DNA of 54,201 nucleotides, the filler included, from Sphacelaria rigidula (taxonomy: Eukaryota): NCBI GenBank assembly GCA_964200075.2. It is 4 parts of 4 records of this genome, joined end to end, with 100 filler letters (N's around TTAATTAATTAA, not from the genome) between each part and the next. Parts side by side here need not be neighbours in the genome. Positions count along the whole stretch, not along the records: positions 40,729 to 54,201 come from CAXNAA020002859.1; 3 more parts are not named here. One strand, 5' to 3'. The position numbers were made by a program, and so were the translations under genes. Position 1 is the stretch's first letter. Each line of letters begins with the position of its first letter. The notes below the pieces were generated by a model. The model ran no database searches and had not been told where the DNA came from. It saw only the letters and a program-made list of their open reading frames with translations. Positions 51,301 to 54,201 of this stretch are shown here, one piece after another.

Positions 51301-52919
51301 GGCGGCAGCGGCGGCGGCGGCGGCAGCAGCCTTCTCTTGTTCTTCCAATTTGGCGGAGGCCGCCGCTGCTGCCGCCGCTGCTTCTTCTTTGGCAGCGGCG
51401 GCAGCGGCGGCAGCGGCCGCGTTTGCGGCAGCAATGGCAGTCGCGGCCTTTGCCGCCACCTCGTCTCTCTCGCGTTCCGCCTTTTCTCGGTCGCGTCTGC
51501 GCTTGCTTTTCTCCGCGGTAAGCTCCTGGATGGCCGTTGTGTGGCTGCTCTGGGCGAGGGTTAGCTGGTGGTCTCGGAACGAAAGCTCGCTTTGCAGGGC
51601 CTTGGCTTCTTTTTCCACCCGCCGAGAGGTCTCCACTTCGACCAACTTATGTTTGTGACGTGATACAAAGTGAAAACAGGGACATGAAGGGAGGAAAGCC
51701 GACCCCCGCGATCAGTCACCACGATCTTTTTTGCTCATTGATCACATGGCATCGTCCCAAGCAGCATGTGTATCGGCAGCTACGGCTCACTCTTCTATCG
51801 GCCACAACTCTTACATCTAGATACTTGGTCTAAGTACCGCTACTTAGCGGTGAATGTTTTCAATGCTCACGGAGGACTGGTGAATATCGGTCCACGGCGC
51901 CCACGACGACGACAATCGATGCCAACAATAGGTGTGGAAACGAGAACACGTGTAGCACATTTGAGATTTCGCGAAACTAAACGAGTCAAAACTCGCCAAC
52001 TTTACACCCCACAACTCCTTCGATTCGCACACTGACCGGTCTGGCAGCAAAAAACTCAACGCACCCCCTTCTCCTTACTTGAATGGAAGCTTCGAGGGCG
52101 AAATTGGTCTCTTCCAGCTGTTCGACCTTCGCCAATATCTCCTTGTTCTTCGCCTCAACTTGAGCTAGACGTGCGCGGAGCGCCGCTTCTTCTCCGGAGG
52201 TAGGACCAGCTGACCCAGCCGGCGCCGGCGCTGGATGCGCTTGACTTGGACTCCTCGCCTGGTCAGCGGCGGGCGCTGCCGCGATGGCGGCAACAGATGC
52301 AGCAACAGATCCGGCGGCGCCACAGGCATTTGCAAGAGGTGGCGAGGGCGAAGCAAGGGCTTCAGCGGGAGAAGCCAGGTCGACGATTGCAGCAGCCGAA
52401 GGGCCTCGTTGTTGCGTGATTGCCGGTGCCGTCGTCCTCGTGGGTGCCGTCGCGCCGTCGCTCCTGATTCTCTGCCTGCCGGCGACACCGGGAGCGGCTC
52501 CGCCTGTGGCTTCTGGGGTTAGATTGGCCTGCACGTTGCATGCGTCTGCATGCCCCTGGGTGTCCTGCCGTGGCACTGGGTTGCCTTGAGAGTGATGAAC
52601 TTGATGAGTGTCTCTCGTGCCGTTTTGCCCGTTGTTTGTCGTCACTCCGCCGCCGCCCTGTTCCTGGGGGTGTCGAACTGTGTTTCTTTCCGCGGCTGCG
52701 GGCGGAGTAGATCTACCGGTACTAGACCCTCTTGTCGCTGTTGAGGCTCCTCGTGAACCGCTCTGGCGCTGCTGCTGTTGCTGAGCTGTGCTGCCGGAGC
52801 GAGCTATACCACGTGGTGATTGTTTCTGCCCCTGGTTCAGCGGTTGTGGTTGTTGTTGCTGCTGCTTTTGCTGTTGTCGTTGCTGTTGCTGTTGTTGTTG
52901 CCATCGTTGTTGTTGTTGC

Positions 52920-52952
<33 letters not shown>

Positions 52953-53707
52953 TGTTGAGATCCGCGTGTTGGTGCGGCATGCCGAACCTGGCCTGTTCTA
53001 CTTTGGCCGTTCGGCGCCGTCTTTGTCGCAGGCTGGGAATGAGGGGCACCGTTGAGCTGCTGCTGCTGCTGCTGCTGTTGCTGTGGTGTGGATCTGCTCG
53101 AGGCATGCCGAGGAGGATATTTCTGCATTTGTGGCTGTCGCTGCCGCTCCCGATGAGTGATTGACGGCCCCTGTTGAGGCTGCGATTGCGACTGACTCAC
53201 AGGCTGCGAAGGACCGTCGCTGCTACCGCTGCCGCGATTGCCGCCGCTGCTAACGACATCCGGTTCACGCCCACTTCCACCGGGAGGCCCACGACTCGAC
53301 GATGCTGATTGCGCGTGACCCCGGGGGACACCAACAACAGCTTCGTTGCGACGCACCGACTGCTGAGCACTGCCATTTACGGGTGTCGATCGTCCTGGCA
53401 TAGCTCGTTGATACGTGGTGGATCCCTTGACCTGCTGCCCTCCTCCAAAATTTCCGCCTGCCCGACCTTGCACACCTGGGCTGTTGTCATTGCGGTTTTG
53501 CTGATGAGAGTGGACTTGATTTCCCCTAGCCTGAGATGGGCCGCTCCCATTTTTACCGTAGGTTCCTTGTTGTTGTGGCGGTTGTGGTCGGCCACCACTG
53601 GCGATCGAAGAACCACCCCACTGCCCGTTTTGCTGCTGATTGTGTGAGGGGTTACCGTTGCTTTTCCCGGACGCTCCGCTAGGCTGAGCTCGGGGAACGC
53701 TTTGGAG
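45652..53707 (-). CDS. Large Gln/Ala-rich coiled-coil protein, ATRIP (ATR-interacting protein)-like, partial, at least ~1480 aa: exons 52079..53707, 50434..51645, 49471..50220, 48716..48832, 47653..48033, 46029..46181, 45652..45849
   Basis: Seven open exons with GT-AG boundaries, each a multiple of 3 nt. The coiled coil EAALRARLAQVEAKNKEILAKVEQLEETNFALEASIQ|LVEVETSRRVEKEAKALQSELSFRDHQL resembles the ATRIP LQSELxFKD motif. Helical C-terminal blocks follow (e.g. RARLLKEAFQLLWAL). The gene is well supported, but ATRIP identity is only a moderately confident inference. The first and last exons are unresolved, and an exon may be missing between 46181 and 47653. Confidence 0.7.
46245..46660 (+). 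repeat. Dispersed G-tract-bounded repeat family, copy 3 (intron of the ATRIP-like gene)
   Basis: Collinear with 2060-2460 and ends in poly-G. Confidence 0.7.
48116..48163. repeat. Intronic (GTA)n microsatellite
   Basis: Direct reading of the sequence. Confidence 0.9.
48267..48304. repeat. Intronic (AAC)n microsatellite
   Basis: Direct reading of the sequence. Confidence 0.95.
52845..52956 (-). repeat. Coding CAG/CAA repeat (polyglutamine tract)
   Basis: Lies within exon 52079..53707 and encodes long Q runs. Confidence 0.9.
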
Positions 53708-54201
53708 CTGGATGCCAGCAAAATTCAGAGAAGACGTCGACGAGGAAACGGTCGGCGGGGAGAAAATGGACAGGGAAGGATGAGGGAGAGTGGGGGGTCA
53801 TGGTCGGCGATACACGACTTCTGCAAAGAGTACCTCTTTGGGTACGGTCAGGACAAAACCATGATGAAAAAGAAGCCACGAGCGTGCGGTTGGCGTCATG
53901 CCAGTGGGAACGAGGGTATTCTGGAAGCTCGTGTTACGTGAAAAGTTGGCATAAAGTTCATGGAAATACACACTAGGTGTGTTGCGTTGACGTTGGCGTT
54001 CCATGCTTTGTCCCTGGAACGATCAGAGCTCACGCAGCAGACTAGCGTCATGCCTCTTGCATGAGTTGTCTGCGCTCGTCATGTTCGCGCTTCCCTACGA
54101 GACGCTTGTTCGTCGAACAGTCCGCGTTCTCGATTTTTGTGAGTCTTTCTTGAGAGGAGGGGGGGGGGAGGGGGGTTGCGAGTATTAACTTGTGAAGGTC
54201 G

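Noticed and set aside
49607..53164. Long plus-strand ORFs (49607-50224, 50366-51076, 51110-51658, 52820-53164)
   Set aside because: These are antisense shadows of GC-rich, low-complexity exons of the minus-strand gene.

Overview
Intron-rich eukaryotic DNA, inferred to be a stramenopile and probably a brown alga (short GT-AG exons, long TE-filled introns, CAG/AAC microsatellites). The window is not one locus. It is four contigs (1-13479, 13580-27054, 27155-40628, 40729-54201; 13479/13475/13474/13473 bp) joined by artificial 100-bp N44-TTAATTAATTAA-N44 spacers, apparently in size order. Spliced genes reconstructed by hand with consistent intron phases: a complete DUF3228-family gene (-), the first two exons of a triosephosphate isomerase with a mitochondrial-type presequence (+), a 165-aa ankyrin-repeat gene (+), a PhyH-like Fe(II)/2-oxoglutarate dioxygenase (-, 5' end unresolved), and a large polyQ/coiled-coil ATRIP-like gene (-, partial). 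There is also one PH-domain-like exon (-). The rest is mostly non-autonomous TEs: a tRNA-headed SINE family, nested hAT-like elements with 8-bp TSDs, Tc1/mariner- and PIF/Harbinger-type MITEs, and foldback hairpins. I found no prokaryote-type system (CRISPR, operon, defence island). The most interesting items are the mitochondrial-type TPI, the dioxygenase ending in an MGFSGF motif, the SINE family, and sister hAT-like elements whose TIR and internal repeats changed together.
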